Source: Callorhinchus milii
Lineage: Eukaryota
Assembly: GCF_018977255.1 (NCBI RefSeq)
Contig: NW_024704743.1
Span: 58,468,001-58,532,000, forward strand
Direction: 5' to 3'
DNA: 64,000 bases
The notes beneath the pieces are model-generated. The model did no database searches. It was not told the DNA's origin and worked only from the letters and a program-made list of their open reading frames with translations. Shown here in pieces: positions 13,339 through 25,043 of this stretch; position 1 is the stretch's first letter; every line of letters begins with the position of its first letter. Position numbers and translations under genes: made by a program.

Positions 13339-13806
13339 TCAGAGATGAAGGTGGGGAAGAATTTTTAGTGAGAGATAGGAGGCAGAGGCTAAGGTGTTCA
13401 AAAGAGAGGAATGAGCCAGCGGAGTAGGGGGATAGGGTAAGTGACGCCCTAGAGATGAGGGCGCATGGTGGTAGGTATAGCCGGGTAGTGTGGCTTCAGT
13501 GAGGGGGAAGGTGTCACCTGCGGTGATCCAAGTTTCCATGAGGGCCATAATATCAACATTCTCAATGAGGATCAGATCATTGACGGCCAGGGTCTTATTG
13601 CAGATGGAGCGGACGTTTCGTAGGCCAATGCAGAGTGGACAGTTGGCAGGGGGATGTGTGGGATGGGAGGAGGTAGTGGGTTGGATGGGAGGGAGCATGG
13701 AGATGCAGATGAGGGAGGAGAGGTTAGCCCCCGGGGTCAGGGTCTGGGATGGCTTGCGGCGGTAGTGGGGAATGGGCATTTGGTGTGGCTGCTGCTGGAC
13801 AGCCAA
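13339..13806 (-). pseudogene. L2 AP-endonuclease N-terminal fragment
   Basis: NVRS..K and D+++L.ETW motifs typical of the non-LTR APE domain. Confidence 0.85.
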
Positions 13807-14204
13807 TGCCGAGTGCCGCGATGAGCCCAGCGGAGGATTCCCAGACTGGAGCAGAGGGAGGCAGTGGGGGGGCTCAAGCAGAGATAGGAGGCGGGGAGAG
13901 CAGAGAGAGAGAGCAGGACAGAGCGGGAGATTTGCAGGGAGGGAGGCATTTTGAGGGAGGGCCAGCTCGGGTCAGTGACGGCAGCTAAGATGCGCACGCT
14001 AAGACGAGAGGCAGCGGATTAGTGGAGCCCAGCTCAGGTGCCGAAGCAATAGTGTTAAGCACTTTGACATGTCCTCCTGGTGTGAAAAGCGCTATATAAA
14101 TGTAACGTATTATATTTTTGTTGTACTATCCCTTTCTCTGCAAAAATGTTATGTGTAATATTTACAAAGTCTGTGACAATTTCAACTGCAGGCTCAGGCT
14201 TATA

Positions 14205-14870
14205 AAGCACTTCTTCCCACTCAGTTGCTGTAATCCTGTCAAGCCAAAGACCTAACAGGTAGGGTGATCCTTGTTACATAAGCAGGGGAAGCTTCCCAGA
14301 AGGGTGTGCTTAATGGCCAGCTCTTTAAACTCCAGCAATACTCCTGCACCATCTCTGGGGTCCCTAAACCACTGCTCTTGCTAATCCATGCCTAATATTT
14401 TCCAGAATTAGGTAAACTGGGGCATCCCCCCAACGAGAGCACGCACATTCCATTCCAAGCAATGGAAAACTTCCATGCGTAGGTGACATACATTTGTGGA
14501 ACTCTCAATCTGGTTGGATACTCTCAAGCATGATGATGGGCTTCCACGTGTGTCACACAAAAACAAAATGCACATGTTGTTGAACTGGCTCCAAGGTGAC
14601 ATGTTTGGCAATGGAATGTCAGAATTGAGCCCACCGGTGTCCGTTGTCCAGTTTCCATTGTCCAGTTCCTGAACCAGATGGGTCCATAGCATTCCAGGCA
14701 CTACTGGTGACACCCCAGTCAGTCTGGTTCATTGGCAGGACTTAGAAGGGCAGACTAGTCACTGAGGGTAGGGAGTCATCCTACTCAGCTCCTGTTAACC
14801 CTGCAAGCCGAAGTCCTAACAGGTAGGGAGGGTATCCTAGCTGGACAAGCAGTGGGAAAGATTGCTGAGT
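14205..14870 (-). repeat. Unclassified interspersed repeat, modules B-C-A-B
   Basis: Reverse complement matches 18150-19010, 14985-15255 and 63875-64000 (e.g. CCCATCA.CATGCTT.AGAGTATCCAA and CTACCTGTTAGG). Strand is arbitrary. Confidence 0.8.
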
Positions 14871-14929
14871 CTGCTTTCCTTTTTTTTTGGCACAGATTGC
14901 TCTAAAATTGTTTCTTTTGTCTGAATCAT

Positions 14930-15255
14930 GCAGAGTACCCAAACCAGATTGAGGGTTCTACACGTGTATGTCAGATATATATTTTTGGGTGTCTGACACA
15001 TGGAAACCCATCAACATGCTTAAGACTATCCAAACTAAACTCAGAGTTCCATGCATCCCACCTATACACGGAAATTCCAGATATTTATTGGAATGGAATG
15101 CACACTCTCCCTGAAAACAAAATCCTGGAGCGACACATCCTGCTTACCTAATTCTGGAAAGTATTAGATGCAGGTTGGCAGGAAACAAGTCTTGGTGATC
15201 CAAGAGTGTGTGTTGAGGTACTGCTGGAGTCTAACCAGCTAAACATATGGCCATC
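14930..15255 (+). repeat. Same unclassified repeat, module A plus a short partial A
   Basis: gggtgtctgacacatggaaacccatcaacatgcttaagactatccaaac...ctgcttacctaattctggaaagtattag. Confidence 0.8.
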
Positions 15256-15304
15256 TGGAATGTGTAATCCTGCTCTAAGGCCTAGACATGTGTACACATG
15301 ATAC

Positions 15305-15490
15305 TGAAAGTATTTTTCTGGGGTTACTTTCTCAATCCCTTTAAAAAAATGATATATCTCTATCAGATCCCCTCTGAGACTGAAGAGTCTCAATTGTCTT
15401 GTCCAGTCGTTGCTGATCGCTCATTCCTCTAACATCAGAGATCACACTGTTGGTCTCCTCTGCACTGCCTCTAGGGCCTGGGTGATCCCT
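15305..15490 (-). mobile_element. CR1 RT C-terminal fragment
   Basis: LFSL..RGDLIEIY..KG motif. Confidence 0.7.
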
Positions 15491-16901
15491 TTATGATTTT
15501 CTTTTTTTCCAGTTTGTTGGAACCTCCCCAAATTCATTCCCTCCTTCATAATAAATGATCAGTCTTTGACAAATGTCTTGCCTTGTCCCTTTAAATATCC
15601 TGAGCTATAGATTAAAACTAGATGAAAAGAATCTTGGCATTTGATGCAACACCTTTCATGTTGGGAGGATATCTCAAAGCTCTTCAGAGGATATAGTGTG
15701 AAGTAGAGTGACTGTGTTTTTCAGTCATATATTCCAGGGAATTTATTGTTTTTCAGCCCCTGGCACCAACCTGTCAAATCCTCGAAGCTCACACAACATA
15801 TGGTGCATTTTGGATGGCATATTCTTAGACTCCTCCTTGGTAAGAGAAATTCACAATGAATATCACTTTATTTACTAACTCCTATTCCGTCTTTTTTAAC
15901 TTATTTTGGGTCCATTTTGGTTTTAACTTCCTCCCCGACTATCCTGTGAATGTTACAATATTGTTAGAAACATTGGCATTTTATGTTGCATCTGCTGCTA
16001 TGTTCTTTCTCAGCTTTCTCTTTTGTTTCCACTAATGTCTTTGTTCTCCCTGCCTCTGTGTTTGGGCCATTCAACTCATTGACACACCTTGCAAGAAAAC
16101 AATTGTCAACACCTCCTCTTGTCTGCATGTTTCCAGAAATGAAACGAATATAATTTTGTATCCTTGAAACTAAATTTATTTTCAGTAAGCAGCAAATGTC
16201 ACAAAACAAAATGAAATTATTATAAAATTCTGAAAAATCATGTCTACAACGTCTTTATATCACCTCAAATGTCTGAAATATTTTCTAATTATCAGGGTGG
16301 CTTTATCCTGTGCCATTAATTTTGTTTGAAACGGGTTTGTGTCAGAAGAGAGTAGAGCAATAAAGCCTGCATTAATCATGAAACTATTAAAAAGAATAGT
16401 TATCATTTCAGGACCATATTTCACTAACAACAGGGACAAAATGTAGATTTTAAGAAACATCAGAGTTGATTTTCAGTTCAGTCTTTTGATTTGTTTGAGG
16501 TCTGAGTCCAGCTTGTCATTTTCCATCACTCACTTACTCACAGAATAGCTCACACTATTGTAGATGTTTTAACGTAAATCTGAGGTGAGGCCCAGAAATA
16601 AACACCTGTTCCCAATTGTCAGACTGATATACAGTCTGTTTCTAAGCCCTCGAACCAGTCCACCCTCCCACTGGAGGACGATATACAATGAAGGATGATC
16701 TGCTGCTCAACTGCATACAGTACTGTGCTTACACTGTTACAAAAGGAGCAAAAAGGTAGCATTTGCAACAGGAGTTGCAAGTAGCAACTTGGATTTGCAA
16801 GTGATCTCTCATGATCTCTTGCTGATCCCCTGGGAACTCATCTCCGAAACGATCTGTCAGACCTAAGATCTTCAGTATTAGTTTGGCACACAGCCTCTTA
16901 C

Positions 16902-16979
16902 CTGCAGGAGTCGCTATTGTGACTCATTTCTTTGGTCAGCTGGTTGTCTTTGACACAGGCAGAAAAACCATTCACTATG
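16902..16979 (-). CDS. Candidate 78-nt symmetric (phase 2-2) exon (xIVNGFSACVKDNQLTKEMSHNSDSC)
   Basis: Acceptor ttttgtctggatgctctttAG, donor CAG/GTAAGA, one open frame. Peptide not recognised. Confidence 0.28.
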
Positions 16980-18149
16980 CTAAAGAGCATCCAGACAAAA
17001 TTACTGAGATTTCCATATTCAGAATGCATACAAATTTATTCGCAGTAGCTATTTGCCACTCCGTTTTGCAAAACTAGCATTTCTCAGCCTCTCTACATTG
17101 ACAATGTGTGACAAAGATCATCAACACACAAGAAAAATCCATTATCTGCCCACTAGCTCTGAGGCTGATATTAAAACATCTGTTGTCAAAGTACACAAAT
17201 ATGTTAAGTTGCAGTTGGCTAACTTTTAAATGCTGAAATAGAGAATGAACAGCAGCAACGTGGCAGATGCACAAGACAGAGGTTATAAAATGGCACAGTT
17301 AATACCACCAGATTGTCGTGTTATAGGTGGACATTTTTGCATGAATGCCGTTCATTACATATTATATTATTTCCTGTAGCCCCTATGCTCCAACTGAGAA
17401 ACAAGTAATGCCAATGGAGAGAACTCAATCTCAGATTTCTATTTGTGATTTTTTTTAACTTGTTCATGAATTGAAATAATAGAATTTGAAAGCAAATCTC
17501 CAGATTATTCCTTACCGCAAAAATGCAGATTAAAATGCTCAGGCAGTAACAAGCCTTAAATATAACAAAATGGAAATATATTCATTCAATAAGGCAGTGC
17601 TTAATTAGGCAGCTTTAGACTTTGAATTAGAATTAAGCAGAGCTTCCTTTGTGCTCCTCTTCTGCATAACTCCAAGTCCAGATGGTTTGACTATAATTTC
17701 TAGGGACTTAAAAACAATGTAAGTAATGAAAAGCATCTGATCCTCCTTTGCGTTCAGTTTGCTGAAACTCTTCCATTCACAGGGTGACTCAAATGTTAAT
17801 TTTTAAGCAAACTGTTCGATTTTTAGCTCAATTATTTTGCATCAGAATTTTGGAGGCTTGTTTGGAAATGAAGACAAGACGATGTGAGAGCTCATTGGCA
17901 GTCATGATTGGCAGCTCAGCAGTCAACTCTGGATGGCATCTGGCAGCTGTGGCTTCAGCGTCTGGAAAACACACGAAATGTTCCTCCAGTTGATTTGAAG
18001 TGTTAATAGGTGAAAGTTGATTGGCTTTAATAACGATGTTTACAACCAGAGGCAGATTATGGGCTTCAAAACCAAATGTGAAAAAAATGCGGCTATTTCC
18101 AGAAGGCGCTGTATCAAATGTAAGGGTTATTTTTTGGGGGGTGTGGGGG

Positions 18150-19010
18150 TTAGCTGGATGTTTGACACATGCAGAATCCTATCACCATGCTTAAGAGTAT
18201 CCAAACCAAATAGAGCACCATATATATGGAAATTCTCAAGATATTTGTTGAATTGGAATAAGCACTCTCTCCCCGGAGGAACATATCCTGCTTACTTAAT
18301 CCCGGAGAGTATTAGGCACAGATTGGCAAGAGCCAAGACTTGGGGACCTCAGTGTGTGTGGGGGGTGCTGCTGAAGTCTAATCTGCTAAAATAAATAAAT
18401 AATAATAAATAATCTTTGAGGTTGATATAGCGTTTTTCATATCTGCTAGACGTCTCAAAGCGCTTCACAGAATATACTGTAAAGTAAATTGACTGTATAT
18501 TTGTGGGTGAAACGTGGCAGCCAATTGCGCACAGCAGCGTCCCACAAACAGTCGTGGATTGAAGTGACCAATTTATTANTTTTTTTTCTTTAAGGATTAT
18601 TATAAGTCATGTGAAGGAGGGAAACTTGCCCAAGGTTTCACCCTGCTGGGAATCAAACCCGGGTCTCTCGCTTGCGAGGCAAGTGCTCTAACCACTGAGC
18701 TGCAGGACTCCACTGCATAGTTTACCATTGATAGCACTGTCTGTCAAGCTTTCCCACTGCTTGTCCAAGTAGGACCAACCTACCTGTTAGGGCTTTGGTT
18801 TGCAGTGTTAACAGGAGCTGAGTGGAGAAAGTTCCTGCCCCCAGTTACTTGTTTGCCCTCCAGATCCTGCCAATGAGCAAAGAGTCATCAACAGTACCCT
18901 GGAATAATGTGGACCCATCTGGCTCAAGAACTGGGGTACCAAGACCGCCAGAGAGGGTTGGTTCAATTCTGATATTCCGTTGACAAACATGTCATCATAG
19001 AGACCCCGCT
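18150..19010 (+). repeat. Same unclassified repeat, modules A-B-C, split by a SINE
   Basis: Module A at ~18150-18390 and B-C at ~18720-19010, homologous to 14205-14870. Confidence 0.8.
18395..18713 (-). mobile_element. tRNA-Ala-headed SINE with L2-type tail
   Basis: Head GTGGAGTCCTGCAGCTCAGTGGTTAGAGC, anticodon loop CTCGCAA, AT-rich tail. Confidence 0.92.
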
Positions 19011-19311
19011 TACATCTCTCCCAACCCCAACTTGGAAGGTAGGCACATGTTGGTCATTTGACACCTGACAAGCATGGGTTTGAGCCCTCACTAGGTGGAG
19101 GTAGATAGCAGGAACTCCCTGCCTGCTTCCTTATTATTTATAACCACCTAAAAACAGATTTCTTTGAATTTACCTTTGGTTAACATCTTTACATCTCAGA
19201 TTTTCCTGTTCATACTTACAAGCGCTTTACACCTTTTTTAAAACATGAAGGTTTAAACTTTACAACTGCACTACACAATATTGTAACTCCTCTATATCTA
19301 GAAGACGGTTA

Positions 19312-19890
19312 CACGTGATGATTGTGCTCAACTTCCACATGTATGCGGATGACACCCAACTCAGACATCAATGAGAGCTGACTTTCTTCAGTTGAACATC
19401 AACAAGATCGAGGCTCTCGTGATTGGCTCCCGTCAGCACCTCACCTCAGTGTCTCCTCACCTCACATAGAGGATACAGTTCAAGATCCTGGTCCTCAGCT
19501 TCAAAGCCCTCCATTGTCTTGCTCCCCAACAGCTCTGCGACCTCCTAACCCCCTACCATCCTACTCGCTCCCTCTGCTCAGCGGGCCCCGGCCTGCTTCA
19601 TGTCCCCCGCCTCGCTCGCCTCACTATTGGCGGGCAGGCCTTCTACCACTTTGCACCCACCCTCTGGAATTCCATTCCACAGTCCCTCCACCTCGCCCCC
19701 TCCCTCGCCACTTTCAAGACCCATTTCAAGACCCTCCTCTTTGACCGTGCTTTCGATCTCCCCCCTGTCCTCCACCCTCCCCCACCCCAACCCCCAGCTC
19801 GGGTCTGAAACTCTGTCTGTCCAGCGTTTTAGGACGTCCTCCTGACGTGAAAGGCGCTTTACAAATGTAATTTTGTTGTTGTTCTTGTTG
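19312..19890 (+). mobile_element. Internally deleted L2 3' fragment
   Basis: [11 protein letters not shown] followed by IQFKILVL, stem-loop and (TTG)n. Confidence 0.9.
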
Positions 19891-20784
19891 TTCCCAAACA
19901 GGAAAAATAAGGTAAGAGAATGTAATGAGCAGAAGATGGCTTTTCTCCACTGTGTGCTGAATTACCAGGCAGGATTAGACTTCGAGAAACACTGACGATA
20001 TTGATAGTGCCACAGCAGGCCAATACTGCATGAGAATTTCTACCCTTCTACCAGCATTTCCTGTCTTTTTTCCTCTTCTTTGCCCTAACATAGTTTTGTA
20101 TGAACAGCAGGCTAGTGAGCTGAATGCTTGTAATAGAAAAGTATTTACATCCCTTACAGTATAGAAGCTGACTGAGCAGCAACAGAGACAATCTTTCTTG
20201 ACAGCAAATGCCGACTTTGTCTTCTCAGTACTGAAGCCAGTGCAATGTTTATTTGCTCTCTGTCCACTCCTGTGATGACCTGCCTGTATTTATTTGGTCA
20301 ATACTGATATGATCAGTAATTTTACCGTGTGAAACTCAATGATCTGGACTGCCAGATGTAGGAAGTTATGGAGTTATGGAGGTTTGAAGACTGCTGGTCA
20401 TTTAAGATAAACTGGAACAAAACATAGACAGATGCTGGCAAAAAGCATTCTTTTTAAGGTTACAATGCTATGAGAAATTTATATTAATACTCTTATTAAT
20501 CTTCTTTATAATACAGTTTGTTCAAAACTCCTGTCCACTAATATTCCAAGTGCCATCTAAACACAGTTTTTCTTTCACATTTCCCTAAATAGCAACTCAT
20601 CTAAACAGTAGAGGTGACTTGTTAGAGATGTCATGTTCCTGTGTGAGAGATGTAATGTTAAGAATAACGGCCAAATTAAGAGCTACAGAATTTCTGTATA
20701 TAACAGAAATAAAGAACAAGATGGCCAGACTTGAGAAACACAAAAGCCTAAAGGATGAAGAGAAGTAAAAATTCAAAAAAATGT

Positions 20785-20880
20785 TGATCGGCTAGGAGTC
20801 TGACACCCATCACTCTATTAAGAGTACCCAAAACAGTTCCACATATATATACCATTTATGCTTGGAAGTGTCCTCGTGTC
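20785..20880 (+). repeat. Partial module A of the unclassified repeat
   Basis: ggagtctgacacccatcac...ttaagagtacccaaaac. Confidence 0.5.
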
Positions 20881-20914
20881 TGAAACACAGGGTGCACTCT
20901 TACCTGGAAGAAAG

Positions 20915-21082
20915 GTCTGAAAGTGCTTCACAGAGCTTTCTGTACATTGTAGTCACTGTGTATTTGTAGGCTAACACAGCAACTAATTTGTGCACAACAA
21001 CATCCCGCAATCAGCCACAAAGTAAATTGAACGTTTGTTTTTTTTAATATAAGGGATTGTTGGCTAGGACACCAGGAGAAAC
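20915..21082 (-). mobile_element. Old Deu-SINE 3' fragment
   Basis: gcttcacag...gtgcacaac...taggacaccaggagaaac. Confidence 0.7.
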
Positions 21083-22642
21083 ACACTTCAGTTTACCTAA
21101 AATCAAAATTTAAAAATTCATGTCTCAATTTTGAGAAGAGCATGTTCTTAAGCTTATCGTCAGTCATAATATTTGATTGTCAAGTTCAGTCTCTGCTGGT
21201 AATCACTATGATGAAACAATTCACAGCCAGATACAGTTTGCACCAACCCTTTTACAGATGTTTACCAGATCGAAACGTCTAAAAGAGCCTCACAGGGAAT
21301 TAATGACAAATGTAGCAACTGTTCATAGGAAAATGCAAGAACATTTGCATTTGAGCTAAATTTCAGTTTTAGCTGAGACTTGTAGAAACAAATGATGGGG
21401 GTCACAAATGCAACCGTTCATATTGTGATTCATTAATAGTGACTCAGATTCTCAGACAGACAGTTACCAGGAGGATTCCCTTTTAATAACAATGAGTTGC
21501 TCCTAAGTTCTGGAACTTTCTCCCTCTCACCTTCCGTCCGCATTTGTCACCAATTTGTCCCCAATCCCACCTCAAAACCTCCCTCTTTAAATGTACCTAT
21601 GGCCACCTCCCACTTCTCCCCCCTCCCATTGCATGGTGTAAATGAGATGTAGTTGTTGTTGTTGTTGACATCAGTGATACCCATTTCAAAATACCAATCT
21701 ACCTATAATATGATGAATATCAATAAAGTAGGATACTGGTTAGCTATGAGATTTGAGTGTTTCAGGTTCTTCTGAACAGGGACGATAGATTAGCAGGATT
21801 GAGGAATTCCTCTTGCTCTATGTCTGAGTCACAGTGTGATCCTCACAGATAAACTCCAATCCATCTAATCTGCTTTCTTCACAAGGAGAGAAGCAAGCCA
21901 GGCAGCCGAGAGTAAACAGGACTTCAAGAAATGTATTTGAATGGGTTTACTGCAAGTTGAACCGCATTGTTCTGACTTCTTTTATTACTTTTAGATCTGG
22001 TAGAATGAGGCTGCATTAAAGCAATAGAACAAAGAGTTAATCAAACAGATTTATTTCAAATTATAATTCAGCTTTTAGTTGGTATGGCAACCAGGGCATA
22101 ATGCTTACAAATGATATAACTGATCAATCATGACATTCAAATATGGCTCAAATATTAAAATAATAACCATCATTGCTTCTTTTTCTTTCCTTTTCCATAA
22201 CTGTCTGGCTCAATCCTACACTAGACTATTCACAATCCCAGACCAGTTTTGGCCAATAACCCGAGGGATTTCAAAAACAATCCGATACACTTGGTGCAAT
22301 GTCGTACGCTGCTCAGAAAGGGTATCAATCATTGTAGTTCACACAGTCAGAAACTGACTGATGTGATTCTGCCTCCCTCAACAAATTCCTCTTTGCATTT
22401 GCTTTGTGACTATCAATAAAGATGGAAATGCAGGTTAATGATGATTAGAGACAGGAGTGTGAGTGTGTTGTAGACTGGTCAGTATATTTGTGCCAAGTTC
22501 ATTTCTACTGAGATATCTTCCCATGTTGTTGCTTTTCATTTTCTATGCTGCTGCTTTCTATTCTGCCACACCCTCTTGTCAGAGCAAGTTGGAGAATAGA
22601 CCGAACACTTTAACAGACTGAAAATGTCCCCAGAGCTCTACT

Positions 22643-22721
22643 GTTGCCATGACACCAGTTTAAACAAACACAGGGATTTCAGGTTACCATTTTGTGGTGC
22701 ACGATACCACGCTGATTGGCT
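22643..22721. promoter_or_regulatory. Motif cluster: RFX X-box, forkhead site and NF-Y CCAAT box
   Basis: GTTGCCATGACACC at 22643-22656 (12/14 to GTTGCCATGGCAAC), TAAACAAACA at 22661-22670, CTGATTGGCT at 22712-22721. Confidence 0.45.
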
Positions 22722-22879
22722 CAGAGTATTTCACAAATGCAATTTAGAATGCCATGGCATATTCTTGTCCAAGAAATTAATCTTTGCTGAATCATCATCA
22801 CTTTAGCTTGAAAAGAAATGCAAATAAATGCCTTGACACATGGCACTTAAACTCAGTGGGCGAATGTAGCAGGGATGCA

Positions 22880-23000
22880 ATTCAAGTCAATGGTAAAAGG
22901 GTATAGGAAAATGGCAAGATAATGGGACTAAGCAGATAGCCCGACAAGCACAATGGGCTGAAAGGCCTCCTTCTGTGCTATAAATGTCTATGGTTCTGTG
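22880..23000 (+). mobile_element. CR1 3' end fragment
   Basis: atgggctgaaaggcctccttctgtgctataaatgtctatggttctgtg. Confidence 0.7.
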
Positions 23001-23206
23001 AAAAGGTATTTTTCTCTTCATCCAATTTTCTCCTTTTCACTTTGGAAAACATGACTCATGCTGGGGTATGGTTTCTTGCTGATCGACATCACTGTTCTTC
23101 ATGTATGTGCCCTGACAATGAGCATTTGAGATGCTATCCAACCAGGGAGAGCATCATAACTGTGTGTGGTTTTGTTCTTGCCCAACTTCCACACATGAGA
23201 ACTTGG

Positions 23207-24020
23207 GTGTCAGCCTGGCTCATTTGGTAGCAAGCTTATCTCTGAGGCAGAAGGTTGTGGATTGAAGCCTCATGTCAGGAGTGAAACTCATTTAGTCTAG
23301 GCTGACCGTTCAATGCAGTGCTATGTGTGTGCTGTATTGTTGGAGATGCTGTCCTTTGGATGAGAAATTAAACCAAAGTCCCATTTGCCTATTTAAGTGG
23401 ACCTTAAAGATACCATAATAATAATAATAATTCTTGCATTTGATAAAGAATTTTATCATGTCTTTGAGATGTCTCAAACCACTTCACAGAATATACTGTG
23501 AAGTAAATTGACTGTATATTTTGTGGGTGAAACGCGGCAACCAATTCCGTACAGCAGTGTCCCACAAACAGTCGTGGATTGAGTGACCAAATTATTATTT
23601 TTTTTGAAGGGATTATTTTTACCCCTGAAAAAGCGATCCGCCTATCCACTAACAACCAGGTTCCTAGTTACTATTAGGTAAACAGAGGAAGTAAGGAACC
23701 TTGCCTAACATTTCGTCCTGCCCAGGAATCAAACCCAGGTCCTCTCGCTTGCGAGACAAGTGCTCTAACCAATGCACTACAGGACTCCATGCTAAAGACT
23801 CAATGACACTATTTGAAAGAGTTTCTCCTGGTAACCTGACCAACAATTCCACAAAAATAAAATTGGTCATTCACTTCATGGCTGTTTGTGAGACATTGCT
23901 GTATCAAATTTGCTGCCATGGTCACAAAATACAATGATTACACTTTACAGTATATGCTGTGAAGCACTTTCAAATGTCCTTCTGATGTGAAAGGCACTAT
24001 ACCAAATGTAAAGATTATTC
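23207..24020 (+). mobile_element. Old Deu-domain SINE hosting an antisense SINE
   Basis: Head tgtcagcctggctcatttggtagc; the core resumes at ~23793. Confidence 0.85.
23415..23790 (-). mobile_element. tRNA-Ala-headed SINE, long variant
   Basis: Complete head and tail; TAAAGA repeated at 23405-23410 and 23793-23798. Confidence 0.92.
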
Positions 24021-25000
24021 TTTTCCAGCCAGGGGTCATTTTCTAACTGGTACATTAGGATTGGGAACTGTAGCTGACATTTTCTATGTCTAACTCAGGG
24101 CCTGTTAAACAGCCTCAGCCAACACCATGGCCGAGATCAGCCAAATTAGCACAAACCAGAGATGGAAGCTGGAGCACCTTTGTTTTCCTATGTAAATAAT
24201 ATTCAGTCATGAAAACTGCCGTTTAAACAAAGATAAAATTAACATATTCAAATATGCCATCGTCTTTTTGCCAGTTATTACAGAAAATGCTTTTGCTAAA
24301 CACTGTTCCGCCTCTTCAGAGTACTACAGAGCCAGACTGTTTTGTTATCAAAGACTACCACCTGCTTAAAACTGAATTGCAGCAGTACGTCTGAAAAAAA
24401 ATGCAGTAGATCTAATAATCTATAAAATTCCTGTGTAAAGTCAATTTCATCTGTCTGTGCTTTGTGTGACACTTTCAGGTGTACAAGGGTTTTATTCTCC
24501 TGGGAGGCTGCTTCAACTTCAAGTAATGTCTGGGTGTCATTCAACAGATTACTGCGAAATAGATAAGTAAAGCATGAAATTCCACTGGGCTGAGATCCAA
24601 CAATCACGTGTGCTCACTTTATCATGTCCTGCTCTACAGATCCTTTAACTCCAGGCCTTGGGTTTTTCCTGAATTCAGTTTACAAAGTAATTTGTCACTC
24701 GGGTTTCTTTTGACCTTTAGCAGGAAGAATCTTTACTAGAAGACAGAATATAATTGACTGAGAAGCAAATTATTTTAAGTTAAATCACTTTCTAGTTTTG
24801 CAATTTATATGACATCTGTCATATTATGAATTGCACATATGGCAATTCAAAAAGAATCCTTATGAACGAGAGTTCGTAAAAGAATGTGAGATTTAAAAAT
24901 ATTGTTAGTTTCATTTTGGGTTGGTGAGTATTAATCTTTTGTACACAGTTAGGTAGTTAATGGTTTTATCCATTAGATATTCAAGCTAAACCAAACTCAC

Positions 25001-25043
25001 CTTTATTAAGCTGCACTGGCACACTCTTTACTTCCTCCATAGC
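25001..25043 (-). CDS. Candidate 43-nt exon (AMEEVKSVPVQLNK, phase 0-1)
   Basis: Acceptor ggcttcAG/G, consensus donor AAG/GTGAGT, one open frame. Peptide not recognised. Confidence 0.25.

Larger units (their letters stand above)
10927..14027 (-). mobile_element. Apparently full-length L2-clade LINE with one APE-RT reading frame, now frameshifted and internally deleted
   Basis: APE motifs LRNVRSICNK...DIMALMETW (ORF 13339-13806) and ITRG...ISDH. RT motifs DHSILLHRL and YADDTQLY (ORF 11264-12124). (TTG)n tail at ~10927-10940. 9-nt direct repeat CCCAGCTCA at 10918-10926 and 14028-14036 (TSD). Confidence 0.93.

Noticed and set aside
11513..13988. Plus-strand Gly/Glu/Arg-rich ORFs, and similar ones over other L2 copies
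   Set aside because: Antisense shadows of C-rich L2 sequence.
14790..14860. Twister or hammerhead ribozyme call
   Set aside because: Only superficial TAACACTGC...GTCC similarity; the conserved cores are absent and the P2-like pairing is not kept between copies.
15757..15839. Plus-strand exon-like segment (tttcAG...TTG/GTAAGA)
   Set aside because: Good splice sites but no recognisable peptide or partner exon; indistinguishable from a pseudo-exon.
19220..19297. 78-nt minus-strand exon-like segment with a GTAAGT donor
   Set aside because: Weak acceptor directly abutting an L2 5' end; AT-rich and unrecognised.
21830..21857. V(D)J recombination signal (CACAGTG + 12 nt + ATAAACTCC)
   Set aside because: The nonamer matches only 6 of 9 positions, and no Ig or TCR segments are seen in the window.
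24296..24607. 103-aa protein-like ORF
   Set aside because: No recognisable domain, non-ATG start, and splice phases do not fit the nearby candidate exon.
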